From Eledone cirrhosa (lineage: Eukaryota), in assembly GCA_964016885.1 (NCBI GenBank), contig OZ024743.1, positions 227,664,001-227,728,000 on the forward strand: a stretch of DNA of 64,000 nucleotides, read 5' to 3'. The notes below the pieces were generated by a model. The model did not search any database, was not told the origin of the DNA, and saw only the letters and a program-made list of their open reading frames with translations. Both the position numbers and the translations under genes were made by a program. This document shows, piece by piece, positions 25,884-41,439 of the stretch (the stretch's first letter is position 1; every line of letters starts with the position of its first letter).

Positions 25884-26050
25884 TATATATATATATTCGT
25901 ATATATAAATATATATATAAATTTTAGTACAGCATTGACGAAGATTTAGAATACGGCCAAGCTAGCGTATATGGATATATATATGCGTATACATATATAT
26001 GCGTATACATATCCCGGGTTCAATTGGGGGTAACCACAGCAGAGTATAAA

Positions 26051-26174
26051 TATTTAATATAGAAAAGGCTTCTACAGAACTAGAATTGCTTCATTCGGGA
26101 GAAATCATCGGGAAGCTTCCTGATGATTTCTCCCGAATGAAACAGTTCTAGTCCTGTAGAAGCTTTTTCTATGT

Positions 26175-26180
<6 letters not shown>
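26051..26180. repeat. Palindrome of two head-to-head hammerheads centred on AAGCTT
   Basis: Centre 26113-26118; arms ~65 bp. Confidence 0.9.
26113..26165 (+). ncRNA. Type I hammerhead ribozyme
   Basis: AAGCTTC-CTGATGA-tTTC-TCCC-GAAt-GAAA-CAG-TTCTAGTC-CTG-TA-GAAGCTT. Confidence 0.85.
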
Positions 26181-26262
<82 letters not shown>

Positions 26263-26315
26263 TATATATATGAGAGACGTAAAATAAGAAAATTATAAAA
26301 TTAACTTACTTACTA

Positions 26316-26344
<29 letters not shown>

Positions 26345-26346
<2 letters not shown>

Positions 26347-27151
26347 TCGTTTCTGAATTTGTTTAGCAAGATTCTTTATCTGAAAACGTGTGTTGCAACC
26401 GATATTGTTATACTTTGGGAGGGTAATGTTGCCAATAAGAAACACACGCACCAGTTGCTTTCACTCCAATTTATTATAAATTAAATTTATAAATTTAAGA
26501 ATTTATAAATTTCCGGCTGGTTGGTTGGTTCCATAAATGAACACTGAGAACTTCAAGATAAAAAAGAATCATCAATACTCCACTAACATGCTAAAATAGA
26601 ACATAAGGGCAAATTAGAGAACATAGAAATAAAAATAGAATCTACACACAGAAAAGACGCAATGTTTAGACAAATCACAGAGGCAATAAACATAAATGAA
26701 CTCCAACCAAAATTAAATAGAAAACATGAATGGAATAGCAACATCACAACTTACAATTAAGGACAAAATCAAAACACACTCACACATAGAACAAACAACC
26801 AACCAGTAACATGTAAATAAACAAATAAATAAACAAATAAAAACACGCACAGACACTCGGATGTAACACATGCGCAAACTAAGCACACAACACACACAAA
26901 AACAAGATGACGTAGGACAGAACAAAGGAGAGGCACAAAACAGAGGAAAGAATCCCCAGTCACTGAAGAGGTCACAGAATGGGTGACGAAAGAACTTTGA
27001 CAATATATGAACAACCGTCCGGTTATGGAACCAACCAACCAACCAGAAATTTATAAATTCTTAAATTTATAAATTTAATTCATAATAAATTGGAGTGAAA
27101 CAACTGGTGCGTGTGTTTCTTATTGGCAACATGACCCTCCCAAAGCATAAC

Positions 27152-27155
<4 letters not shown>
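26345..27155 (+). mobile_element. 5'-truncated Penelope-like element with inverted 5' pLTR fragment
   Basis: Inverted repeat 26402-26536 / 27023-27155; inside, a GIY-YIG C-terminal remnant (RQITEAININELQPKLNRKHEWN, ~26667-26738) followed by a hammerhead; (TA)n on both sides. Confidence 0.85.
26959..27001 (+). ncRNA. Minimal type I hammerhead ribozyme
   Basis: GTCA-CTGAAGA-gGTCAC-AGAATGG-GTGAC-GAAA-GAAC-TT-TGAC. Confidence 0.75.
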
Positions 27156-28625
<1,470 letters not shown>

Positions 28626-28799
28626 CATATTGTCGTGTGTAATTATGCGTGTACATACTTAAACACATACGCATATATAGCTTTTCTATATTCCAAGTAT
28701 AGAGTTTTGTTTCTTTGTAAGAAACCAACATTAACTTTATAGGAAGAATTAAATTCAATTAAACAACAAACTATAAGATACGTACACACATTGGTACAC

Positions 28800-28848
<49 letters not shown>

Positions 28849-29429
28849 TGTGAGTGTGTATGCGCGTTTGTGTGTCTGTGTATGCATACGAGTTTGTGTT
28901 ATTGTGTATGCATGTGTGTATGTGTATGTTTACTTGTTTATATGGGCGCATGTTTGTATGCGTATGTGTGTTTGAATGTTTGTGTTCGCTCTACGTCACT
29001 TCTAACAAATATTTGAACAACGGAAAAGCCTAATCTTGAAAGTAACAAGTAACATGCAAGTGACCTAGCATTCCACAGACACGTGTACCCTTAACGGTGT
29101 TATCCGGAAGGTTTGATATGACACAGTGCGCAGTGTGCGACAGGTTAACTCTTTGAATTAGAAGTTTCACCACCAATTTTTTTCCAGTTGACGGGACAGG
29201 AATCACGTAATGTCAATGTTCAAAGCCCGCCATCTTTTACCGGGAATTGTGCCTAACAGTTTGTACATCATGAGAAACATTTTTCTTCTTTGGCCCAATC
29301 TGACCATATGCTCCTTTGCTTTTCCTAAACAACGGTTAAACCCTACTTAACACACGAAACCGATAGTCACCTGCTACACTCAACGATTATAATTGTCAAA
29401 ATATATCTGTGGGGCTAAATACTAAATAC

Positions 29430-30390
<961 letters not shown>

Positions 30391-30759
30391 CATTAGTATC
30401 ATCGCCCTCAATATCTTCATTATTATTTGTTTATTTAATATATTTTTTATTCGTTTTTATTTATTTGTATATGGTCTTAATTTTTGTTGCTTTTTTTTTA
30501 CAAATAAACAATTCCTGTTTCTTAAACAGATACACCACGAAGGGCAGGCACACACATGAACACACATATATATATATGTATGTGTGTGTGTGTGTTTGTG
30601 TGTTTGTGTTTTGTGTGTCTGTCTGTGCGTGTGCTGGGTAAGTGCATAACTACAGTTAAGGATGGTCCACCACTATGCACTCGACGCTGTTACAATGGTC
30701 CGTCTCGTGTTGGGTTCGGTTCCAGCATTAAGGCGGCTGCAGTGTGCCGAGCGTAAACA

Positions 30760-32400
30760 AAAGTCAGTAGAATCGAAGTGAATGTTGCACCATATATATA
30801 AAATGTACTGCCATATACTAATCGTTTCAATATCGATCAGTTAAGGGCATAGTCATAATGACCAGTCCCCGAGGCCTCCATCGATAATTGCTGGATGTTC
30901 TCAGATCTGGTGCTCAGCTCCGTTTTGTTGCGTAAGCTACCGAGTAAAGGTTTTCCTCCAGTATGTGGGTCTTGCTTGCCGGCAAAACTCCTCTTCCCAC
31001 CATTAATATAGGCTATAATTTCCCTTAGTTTGTGTGCGTGGGGTGAGAACTCCACCGTATGTCTGTTGAAAAGACTATGGTATCTGTGTGAGGGGGGAAT
31101 GACCCCTCTAAAGCCTGAAAAAATGGAAATATACCCGGGATATTTGATGTACGTGGTTGGATAGGACACGTTGAACCAGGTCGTGGGTCGTGACTTGCCC
31201 TATTTCACCTTTGTTGTCAATGTGGGAAAAATATGAGTATTACTATCACTACCATTATGGCTGCTGTCTCCATTATCCCAGCCAATACCACCATCACAAC
31301 CGTCTCGACCCTCGTCAACGCCACCACCGCTACCACCCTGTAATTGTTTCTGCCACTGACCCTGACCCCGCTATCACAATTAGTGTTCTTGTTATTAGTG
31401 ATGTTGGAAGCAGTAATGTCGCCAGCAATGTCACTGGCCACAGTGTTGTAGTTGGGCCTCGCAATAAGACTTTGGTTAGCTCCACGCGGCGAGTTGCTGT
31501 GGACATTCCCGCAGCGTCTGGTGGGTTTGTGACTTTTATCCGACCTTGAGGCACTATCTTTTCGGGTCAGTCCTTGAACACGCTAAGGTGAGTTGCGACC
31601 ACAGAATGTTTGCTGTGGTATTATGCGTGCTGTATGACTGTTCGGGCAAGCTTAGGGTTGCAGTCAACCGAATAGTATTTATTAGGTGGATTGGCAGTAT
31701 TGATAGAGGGTCGGACGCCATGCTTTCAAGCATAGTTACGTCCCTTTACGATCTGAGTTCAAATCCCGCCGAGGTTGACTTTGCCTTTCATCCTTACGGG
31801 GTCGATAAAATAAAGCACCAGTAATGCACTGGGTAATTGCTGGCCTTGTGCCTAAAGTAGAAACAAGTATTTATTAGCATCGCGTGTCCTATTCATCATG
31901 CCACGGCTATCGTTGGGCTCATCTCTCCGTACCACTAAGCTTTTACCACCACCACTGCCAGGGGCTATAGTCAGTGCCCCTTTCCGTTTAGGACCCACCA
32001 CGTTAGATTCTGGTGTGACAGCGGTCGAAAAACATCAAACGCGCGTTGTTACATAGACACCTCCATCCTATCAGATCTCTTCCGAGCAATCAGCCCTAGC
32101 GAGTGCAGTATTGTAGTACTTGGCATATTGGTTGAATATTTCTTTGCTAGCGTATTGGGAGAATACTCGGATTGAGACATTTTTTTACAAAGGACTTAAT
32201 GTTGGCACGAAGGTGATTCTAGTGTTTATTGACGTAATGGAGGCACACGCTGGGCTTGTGGAAATGTCTGTATAAGTCAGTGAATAGCTTGAGTGTCACG
32301 TCGAGAAAGATAGTCGTCTGTGAATTGTAGTCGAATTCTAAAGTCAATCCGTAGTTCTTAAAGAAGTATCTTAGTCATTTCCTCATAATATCTAGTTGGT
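30760..32400 (-). pseudogene. Degenerate Naiad-like Penelope element (RT end, linker, GIY-YIG start), interrupted by a SINE
   Basis: Minus-strand translations TTIFLDVTLKL (~32285-32318), YVNKH*NHLRAN (~32203-32236), TTWFN..HRYHSLFNRHTV (31055-31185) and YIYGAT (~30790) are collinear with IVNFLDITLNL, YVNFNSNHP, IIWFAP..HRYHSIFNRHTI of the 54809 ORF. Confidence 0.8.
31685..31867 (+). mobile_element. tRNA/Nin-type SINE
   Basis: Consensus match; GTATTTATTAG duplicated on both flanks. Confidence 0.92.
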
Positions 32401-33383
32401 TGTTTTTTAATGTGTGGAAAATAAAACGTGCATCAATCTTTACAATCCGCCCCAATACCTGGGATTTCCTCCTACAGTTTATGTAGGAGGTAAACACCCA
32501 CTAAGTCGGTGACTGTTTTATTACTATTTTTTTTTCTCATTTTCCATGTCCTCCTTCTGTCCCTTTTATTTTCTGTCTTCGTCCTCATAATTTTGATTTG
32601 CTTGACTTTAAATGTAAATATATAGTTAGGGCGTATAAATGGGTAAGGGATAGAAAGGAAGGAGAAAAGTTACATCAGAGCATAAGTAAAAAAAATCAAA
32701 TGAATAAATAATTAAATAAGTCTTGATGTTCTCTCTCTTTCACTCGCTGCCTCCGTTTCACTCTTCCTATTTCTCACTATTATAAGCAGATGGGGGCCGA
32801 CGCGCTGACCGCCCAGCAGCCCCGGCGGACAGAATAGAGAAGGCGTTTCCCCGGTGGATGCCGAGGGAGACGCATTAGAAGAGCCATTCCAGCACGCGAG
32901 GCCCACACCTGCGGGGAGCCAACACCGTGCTGATGGTGGTGAGTAGAGAAGTGGTCCTAGGGCCAATGACACAAGAGGTTTACTCTGCTACGGGCTCGAC
33001 CGCAAACCTGTCGGAGAGCGACCGATATTCGGAGAGTTTAACGTCCTATGCCCGAACCTGGATTAATCACAGACAGCACCAGGCTGCCGCTGGAGAAAGT
33101 TATAGTTATTTGCTTATATTATCTTTCCTTCTTTCCCTACAAGCATTAATAAATGTATATAAAGTGATCCCTTGACCTCTTTCAACTGTTGGAATGTAAT
33201 TTTGCACATATATACTTACGTATCTGATAAGATGTCGTGGCAGGGTCGGGCCACGGTTATTGTGATTGTTCCCTGAGCTGATCGATATTGAAACGATTGT
33301 TATATGCCAATAAAACTTATATATATGGTGCAACATAGACTTCAATCCTACTAACTTCTCTCTCCCTCGCTCTTTCTCTATAC

Positions 33384-33575
<192 letters not shown>

Positions 33576-34110
33576 GTACAGATTGAAATAAATAAGTAAA
33601 CATAGAGCAAAAAGAATATAGAAAAAGTGAGAGAAAGAAAGAGACAAAGTGGAAAAAAAAGTGAATAGTGTTTCTAAAACCTACAATGGCGGACATTCTA
33701 CCTATATTTGTCTCATTTAATGTTTGCTATTGTGAGGTAAAAGAAGCAAAAATATATCAAAATATAAACTTTAAAAAACAAAACACCAATGATAATTCCT
33801 TTTATATTTTGGTGACCATGGCAGAAAACATAGATGAAGAAATAACAAACGGATAATATTATGATAGCACGGTTGTGGAGAGGAACCAGAAGAGATAGTG
33901 AAACATGGGGAGGTAGGAGTGAGGATGTGAGGGTAATTTAACTACGGTCCTGGGTAAAGCTCCGCAACCAGCAGTGTTTGTCTGACTGGATAACTTTAGT
34001 TACACAAGATTTACTGTATTGTAAGTTTGTTTGTTTTTTTCTGGTAGGGCAGAGTTAAAAGAGCGTGCATGGGTGAGAGATAAATAGAGAATACGAGACG
34101 AGTGGTGGTG

Positions 34111-34174
<64 letters not shown>

Positions 34175-34949
34175 GATGTAAAAGACAGTAAATGAGACAT
34201 GGGAGAAACCAGGTGAAAGAGTGAAGGAGAAAAAGAAGTGTTTCAAACGCAAGGCCAAATATATGAATGTGTGAGTGTGTGAGTGCATGTGTGTATGTGA
34301 GTATGTCTGCCTCAGTGTATGTGAGGTGAGTGTTTGTATATTCGCTTTTGAAACGCCTCTTTTTTTCGCCTTCAATATTTCTCTCTTGGTTTCTCTCTGT
34401 ACATATAATGCAGGTGGCTGAATACGTGCATTGCAATATTTTCTGGATGAGAGATAATGGGAAGGTGATAAGTTTTTCTTCTACTGTGTGTCTTCTAGTC
34501 GCTGCAGATATTGGTGGATTCTATAGCAATATGAGACAATAATATAAGAAAATGGAAAGATAATATAAAAATATTATAAAACAATAGACGTTCTGTTGCA
34601 TATTTTGCTTTTAATGCTTGAGATATACCAACGCATTAAGTTTTATTTCGTCACGCTGATATAAATAAAATACGATTATCAGGAAGGTTTTACGTCGGGG
34701 TTGAATTTAGAAAAAGTAGGTTTGTGAACAGGTGTCTATAGTTTCAAGGGTGCCAAAATTTGCTCCAAGATTTCTTCAAGATTTAAGGTGTAACCAAAGG
34801 AAATATTTTTCATCTTGTATATATTTCCCACACTTACATTTAATGGGGTATAAGAAGTAAACTGTACGTTGAGTATGTCAGCAAGGTTTTCTCACATCAT
34901 CATACTGCATGTGGCAGTAAATTTAATATAAGCTTTTCTGGTTCAAAAC

Positions 34950-36060
34950 AACAGCTGCAAGAAATGGTTGCCATCAAATCTCCTTTCAGAGCAGCTTCAA
35001 AAACCACCCACTTATGAGGATGGTGTTTATCCGAACATAAATACCAGGGCATTCCTATAGACATCACCGCAATACGAAGCTGTACGTCAAACCCATGCTC
35101 CTGCAGAACCTCCCACAGCAGGTGCCATGGAAGGCAGTCGTATAGCGTTTCGAGATTTATGAAGCAAAATACACTTCTTTGCCGTACTCCCACGATTTCT
35201 CAAAGACTTGCTGCAATGTAAATATTTGGTCGGCTATGCTGCAGAGGAAAACTACACTATTCATCAGCTAGTTAGTACTCGACAATATCCGTACGTCTCT
35301 TTGCCAGACACTTATCATAGACTTTACCGAGCAGGCTTATGGAGCAATCTCAGGTCTCCCTTTTTGAAAATTGGAATTATCACTTTCGATTGCTCAGGTG
35401 CTTTTCCAGATCCCCCGCCCCCACCGGCACACCCGAGTCAGCCAGAGAGTATCTTCTCTCTTTAAGTATTTTAACATCCTCTCGTTCTTTGCTAGGAATG
35501 AATATTTGACCATTTGATTAAAGCACGGGGTCCTCCTACATCTCGACTCCATTACAAGCCAATTTCGTTCGCATCATTTAACAACTGAAGCAGAAAATGC
35601 CGAGGGAATTCTCTATATTTTGATGCAATAATATCTGCATATCTGGTCCTGATGTCCTTATCTGCCATCGCTTCCTCCTTTATCTTATAGGCTGACTTGG
35701 ATCTGTCAGTTTTATGGGCTTCTTGGGTTTTAGGTAGTCTTGGGTTGCAGATACCTAAATGGTGATCAGTTGACAACTCAGCCCCTCTCTTATCGCGAAC
35801 ATCGAGCAGAGAATCGAAGATATCACAGACAATAACAAAATCAATTCTTGATATCTGCTCCTTATTCTTTTTATACCTGATTCGTTTTATACCATGTATA
35901 TTTATAGATGTATCTGTGCTGGAAGAATGTGTTCCTAATAGAGAGTCCATTACTAGAAATCTAATGAGCCCTTCCCGTTCAAATTTAAATTGGGAACGCC
36001 GTTCTTTATCGACATGTGCCACCATGTGCATTAATGTCTCCCATTAGGATAAATGACTCA
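34950..36060 (-). pseudogene. Degenerate RTE-clade LINE (endonuclease end + RT start)
   Basis: SRIDFVIV..DVRDKRGAELSTDHHL (APE) and CFINLETLYDCLPWHLLWEVLQEHG (RT FIDLxKAYD region). Confidence 0.75.
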
Positions 36061-37344
36061 TCATATCTGATGCTCGTACTACTATCCACCATATGCGACA
36101 CATTCTCTAGCAGAACAGCGTTGTCGCGAATGTTGGCCGTATCGATATTCATCACTGTATAGTTATTATTCTAGAAATATCAAACTACTACCTCTTCTGT
36201 ATGTAGTACATTGGATTCCTGAACTAAGCGTGGTATTGCGTTCTTGAGCAAGACATTTCATTTCACATTGCTCATCGTGATATGACTCGCTACGGTAACC
36301 TGAAGCATGTAGTGTGATGTTGTGCATGATGTCTGCCGGGTCCGGGCAAGTTTGTTGTTGCGCTCAAACTTCCAAGAAACCTCCTTTGAGATGCAACTAC
36401 AAGGGAGGTCAGCTAATCCTACATAGGTGTTCAATAGAGTTGGGTGCGATTGGAACACTGTACAATGCAGCACCCAACTATATATAATAGAACATTTTCT
36501 CTCTTCCATCGAATTATTTTCTTCATAAGCCTTTTTCTTCTCAATGATCTTAGTAGAACGTCAGATACAATAGAGGCGTTGTGAGTTCAAATCGTGCAAA
36601 ATTAAACGCTTTCTTTTCATCATTACGAAGACAATAAATAAGTACCAGTCAACTAATGGTGTCAATATGAACCAGTGTTCCCAACCTCAAATATATGACG
36701 TTTTACTTATGTAAGAAACCTATTTTATTAATACATAAATAGATAGAAAAAACGATCTTTGCGTGACTAAAACTCGAAATATGGGATAAACAACATACTA
36801 TAAAGTTTTTACCAGCACATCACTTCTCAGATTATAACTTTTTTTCGCAAATTTAACATCATCATTACAGACGAATTTTTTCCGGGTGTTGTGTATTGGC
36901 AGATTTAGAGGAGTAACATATGATTGTCCTTATGTTTTTGTTTTTAGTTGCATCTCTTTGCGTTAAGCGTCAAAATACCACTGCGGTCTAAATGCCTATT
37001 CATTCTACAGACGTCATTAAAGAAAGGGATTTTTCATGCATTGGAGTTAGTATAATCAGCTATAAACCACATAGCCCTAACCCCAATGTTTTGTTGACCT
37101 CTGCATATTATTTAAAATCGAAATAACTGCATGTAATCTCCTATATCAACACGTTTACTGTGGCCTTCTGCTTACTTCTACGTTTTAATACGTTTGCTAT
37201 ACGACCCTCATCAGGTTTTCACACAACCAGATGTCTGTACTGAGTGCACCATTGTATACTAAATAGGAACCTTTATTTCTAAACTAAAGATAGTAACGCT
37301 CTTATACACTGCATCACTGTCAAATGTACGACCTAGCAGCCTAT

Positions 37345-37730
<386 letters not shown>

Positions 37731-38244
37731 CACCCGATTGGTAATGCATTAGAGAGAAATTTTTGGAAGTAAACTGACTTGAAGTATTTACTTTGACATT
37801 AAATTGTTATTGTATTTTGTTTCAATGACAGCGAATTTAGTCTGGTACAACACTTTTAAGTGACATTCCACCAACATTACGATTATACATACACGCACAC
37901 ACACAAACAAACATATATATATACATAAATGGTCAGTAGTTATGCAAATATATATATATATTTAATTATTTATATATATCCATATTACGTACCCTATGTA
38001 CGTATGCGTATAACATAAAATATGTGTTATAAACTATATGTATATACAAGGCATATAATGTATATAATATAACATATACAAAATGCATTAATTACTTCAA
38101 ATGCTATATATATATATATACTTAGGGTAAATATTGATGCAATTCAATTCAAGCACTCAACTTACTTATTCCACATAGGAGTGACGGAGTAAATATCGAA
38201 TAAGGAAAAGCGAAGTAGTTTCAGATGTTCAAGTCTTTTAATAA

Positions 38245-38418
38245 TAATTGTTTCTATTTTAGGCACAAGGCCAGAAATTACCCAGTACATTACTGGTACT
38301 TTATTTTATCGACCCCGTTAGGATGAAAGGCAAAGTTAACCTCGGCAGGATTTGAACTCAGATCGTAAAGGGACGTAACTATGCTGGAAAGCATGTCCGA
38401 CCCTCTACCGATACTGCC
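38245..38418 (-). mobile_element. tRNA/Nin-type SINE inserted in the left palindrome arm
   Basis: Consensus match; the empty site ACAGCATTATTATTAG is visible in the right arm at ~40582-40597. Confidence 0.92.
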
Positions 38419-38420
38419 AT

Positions 38421-38494
38421 GCTGTGATATATATTTCAATGGAGACAGTGGCCACACTGTTCCGTGCGCCAGTGTCGCGACATCGTCAGACAGC
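38421..38494 (-). ncRNA. Type I hammerhead ribozyme with extended stem II
   Basis: Minus strand GCTGT-CTGACGA-long stem II-GAAA-TATATA-TC-ACAGC. Confidence 0.8.
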
Positions 38495-40512
38495 TTGTTA
38501 CATAATAAGGTTATGTTTCCGAGGCAATCCAAATTGAATCGACATGGGAACGGACGAAGTGTGTGCTCTTGGGTTCTTTATCCATTGCCCTGTGAGTACC
38601 AATTTACCCCCACCGGTCTGCGCAGGCGCAGGTACGAAGGAAGTTGACCATTAGCTACCGCAGGTTTCAAAGAAATTCGCTTAGTCACTTCCCCCTCTCA
38701 GCCAAACAATGATCCATTCAGGCCTGTAATATAGCTTACTGCTACCTATCCCGAAAGTCAGTGGGGATGGGAGAGTGTGAGTATCCACAGGTCTGAATAC
38801 TACCTCTAATTAAGCATGGACAGTATAATTGACCATCAACCTCCAAGAGAAAATATACTTAATTCTATGTATCATGGTTTCACAGTGGAAGTTATGAATG
38901 AGAGTTGGAAATTAGAACTAAAAATTAAAATTTAAAATCGAAAATCATAAATCAAATATTAAATATTAAAAATTAGAAATTAAAAATGAACAATTAAAAA
39001 TTAATAATTTTTCAAGTGAGAATCTGGATTGAGGTGAGTAAAGAAATATAGATTGAAGTGAGTAAACAATATGCAGAGAGATGTTTAATAAGTTTTGAAA
39101 TGGGTATTAATGTTACGGTTATATTATCTATATACTGAACGATAGTACCGTAGAGTAGAACGGAGGGTAAATTACAGTATGAAAGGTAGCATTTAGTCGG
39201 GTACATAGTTAGAATTTCCATCACATGGAACACAACAAAAAAAAACAGATATAACGTACACAAAAGAAAAAAACTAATAAATGAATAATTGCAAAAACAC
39301 AAAGAGTCCATATATGCAAAATGAGATAGATGATCAATATGATTGTCAATTTGTCCATGTATAGATTGAATTGAGGGGGGCTTCCGTTCAAATGCGATTT
39401 GGTGCATGAAAATAGGGGTTTATCTTTGTTTTTGTTTCCGCGTATTTATCCTGCCGAAAGTTATTATTATGTCCGTCCAGTATCAGGGGTTTGCATCCCC
39501 ATGGTAGGGGGGATTTCGCATTTGAATGGAAGCCCCCTCAATTCAATCTATACATGGACAAATTGACAATCATATTTATCATCTATCTCATTTTGCATAT
39601 ATGTACTCTATGTGTTTTTGCATTTATTCATTTATTAGTTTTTTGTTTTGTGTACGTTATATCTGTTTTTTTTTGTTGTGTTCCATGTGATGGAAATTCT
39701 AACTATGTACCCGACTAAATGCTACCTTTTATACTGTAATTTACCCTCCGTTCTACTGTACGATACTATCGTTCCGTATATAGATAATATAACTGTAACA
39801 TTAATACCCATTTCAAAACTTCTTACTTAAACATCTCTCTGCATATTATTTACTCAACTCACTTCAAAGTACCAATAATGCACTGGGTAATTGCTGGCCT
39901 TGTGCGTAAAGTAGAAACAATTATTTACTCACTTCAATCTATATTTTTTTACTCACCTCAATCCAGATTCTCACTTGAAAAATTATTAATTTCTAATTGT
40001 TCATTTTTAATTTCTAATTTTTAATATTTAATATTTGATTTCTGATTTTCGATTTTAAATTTTAATTTTTAGTTCTAATTTCCAACTCTCATTCTTAACT
40101 TCCACTGTGAAACCATGATACATAGAATTAAGTATATTTTCTCTTAGAGCTTGATGGTCAATTATACTGTCCATGCTTAATGAGAACTAGTATTCAGACC
40201 TATAGATACTCACTCTCTCCCATCCCCACTGGCTTTCGACTGACAGCCACAGACGGGATAGGTAGCAGTAAGCTATATTACATGCCTGAATGGGTCATTG
40301 TTTGGCTGAGAGGGGGAACTGACTAAGCCAATTTCTTTGAAACCTGCGGTAGCTAATGGTCAACTTCCTTCGGACCTGCGCCTGCGCAGACCGGTGGGGG
40401 TGAATTGGTGCTCACGGGGGAATGGATGAAGAACCCAAGAGCACACACCTCGTCCGTTCCCATGTCGATTCAATTTGGATTGCCTCGGAAACATAACCTT
40501 ATTATGTAACAA

Positions 40513-40586
40513 GCTGTCTAACGATGTCGCGACACTGGCGCACGGAACAGTGTGGCCACTGTCGCCATTGAAATATATATCACAGC
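40513..40586 (+). ncRNA. Hammerhead copy with mutated core (CTAACGA)
   Basis: GCTGT-CTAACGA-..-GAAA-TATATA-TC-ACAGC; the conserved G5 is replaced by A, so it is probably inactive. Confidence 0.65.
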
Positions 40587-40632
40587 ATTATTATTAGAAG
40601 ACTTGAACATCTGAAACTACTTCGCTTTTCCT

Positions 40633-40676
<44 letters not shown>

Positions 40677-40783
40677 CGTTTTAATTACATCAAATGTAAA
40701 ATTTAAACAACGTATATGCATGGACCCACTTCTAAATGGCCCTAAGTGTGTCTCTGCGTAATGTTTTGGAATCGGAATATCTA

Positions 40784-40828
<45 letters not shown>

Positions 40829-41389
40829 TTGTGTGTGTTTGTGTCAGTGTATTGTTCCGTTTGATTAGCGTTAGCTTAGTCTACTCTCGGTAAAATTTCT
40901 CAAGTTTGACTATGTAACGAGTCAGACAATAAATGAATAATTATTATTAGAAAATATAAATATCTTCATATTTAACAAACAAACAAAAGACAAGGATAAA
41001 ATAGCAATAAAATTGAACATTACAATGACAACAATAATAATGGTTATTGCAATAATAACAGCAACAACAGCGTCAGCAACGAAATGGCAATAATAATAAC
41101 AAGGAACGAAACGCGAAAGTTGATTTCTTAAAGAATTGCAATTTAATCTGATGGAATTTCTGCTTCAACATTTAGCTGAGTGTATTTAGCAATGGTGGCG
41201 CCATAGATATTTAGAAGAGGGTGGGATAAAGACAAACAGAGACAGGCAGACAGAGAGAGAGAGAGGGGGAGAGACAGAGAGAGGTGGGATGTGATAGGAA
41301 GAGGCAGAGAAGGATTGAGAGAAGAAGAGTTGTAAAGAGATATAAACTGACGGAAAAAGAGAGATAGATAGAGGAATAAAGAGTGAGGT

Positions 41390-41439
<50 letters not shown>

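Larger units (their letters stand above)
38121..40636. mobile_element. ~2.5-kb non-coding fold-back element (arms 38199-39396 and 39516-40636) with a hammerhead in each arm, in (TA)n
   Basis: Arms are reverse complements over >1 kb around a ~120-bp spacer; the left arm has an extra ~80-bp tail reaching (TA)n. Confidence 0.92.

Noticed and set aside
32730-33110. Polypyrimidine tract + CAG followed by GC-rich sequence, resembling a host coding exon
   Set aside because: All three frames after the AG hit a stop within ~30 codons; more likely retroelement-derived
37182-37220. Hammerhead-like CTGATGA on the minus strand
   Set aside because: GAAA box and stems are too degenerate to support a call
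41143-41220. Short unique peptide NIYGATIAKYTQLNVEAEIPSD after a pyrimidine tract on the minus strand
   Set aside because: No AG acceptor at the tract end and no recognisable homology
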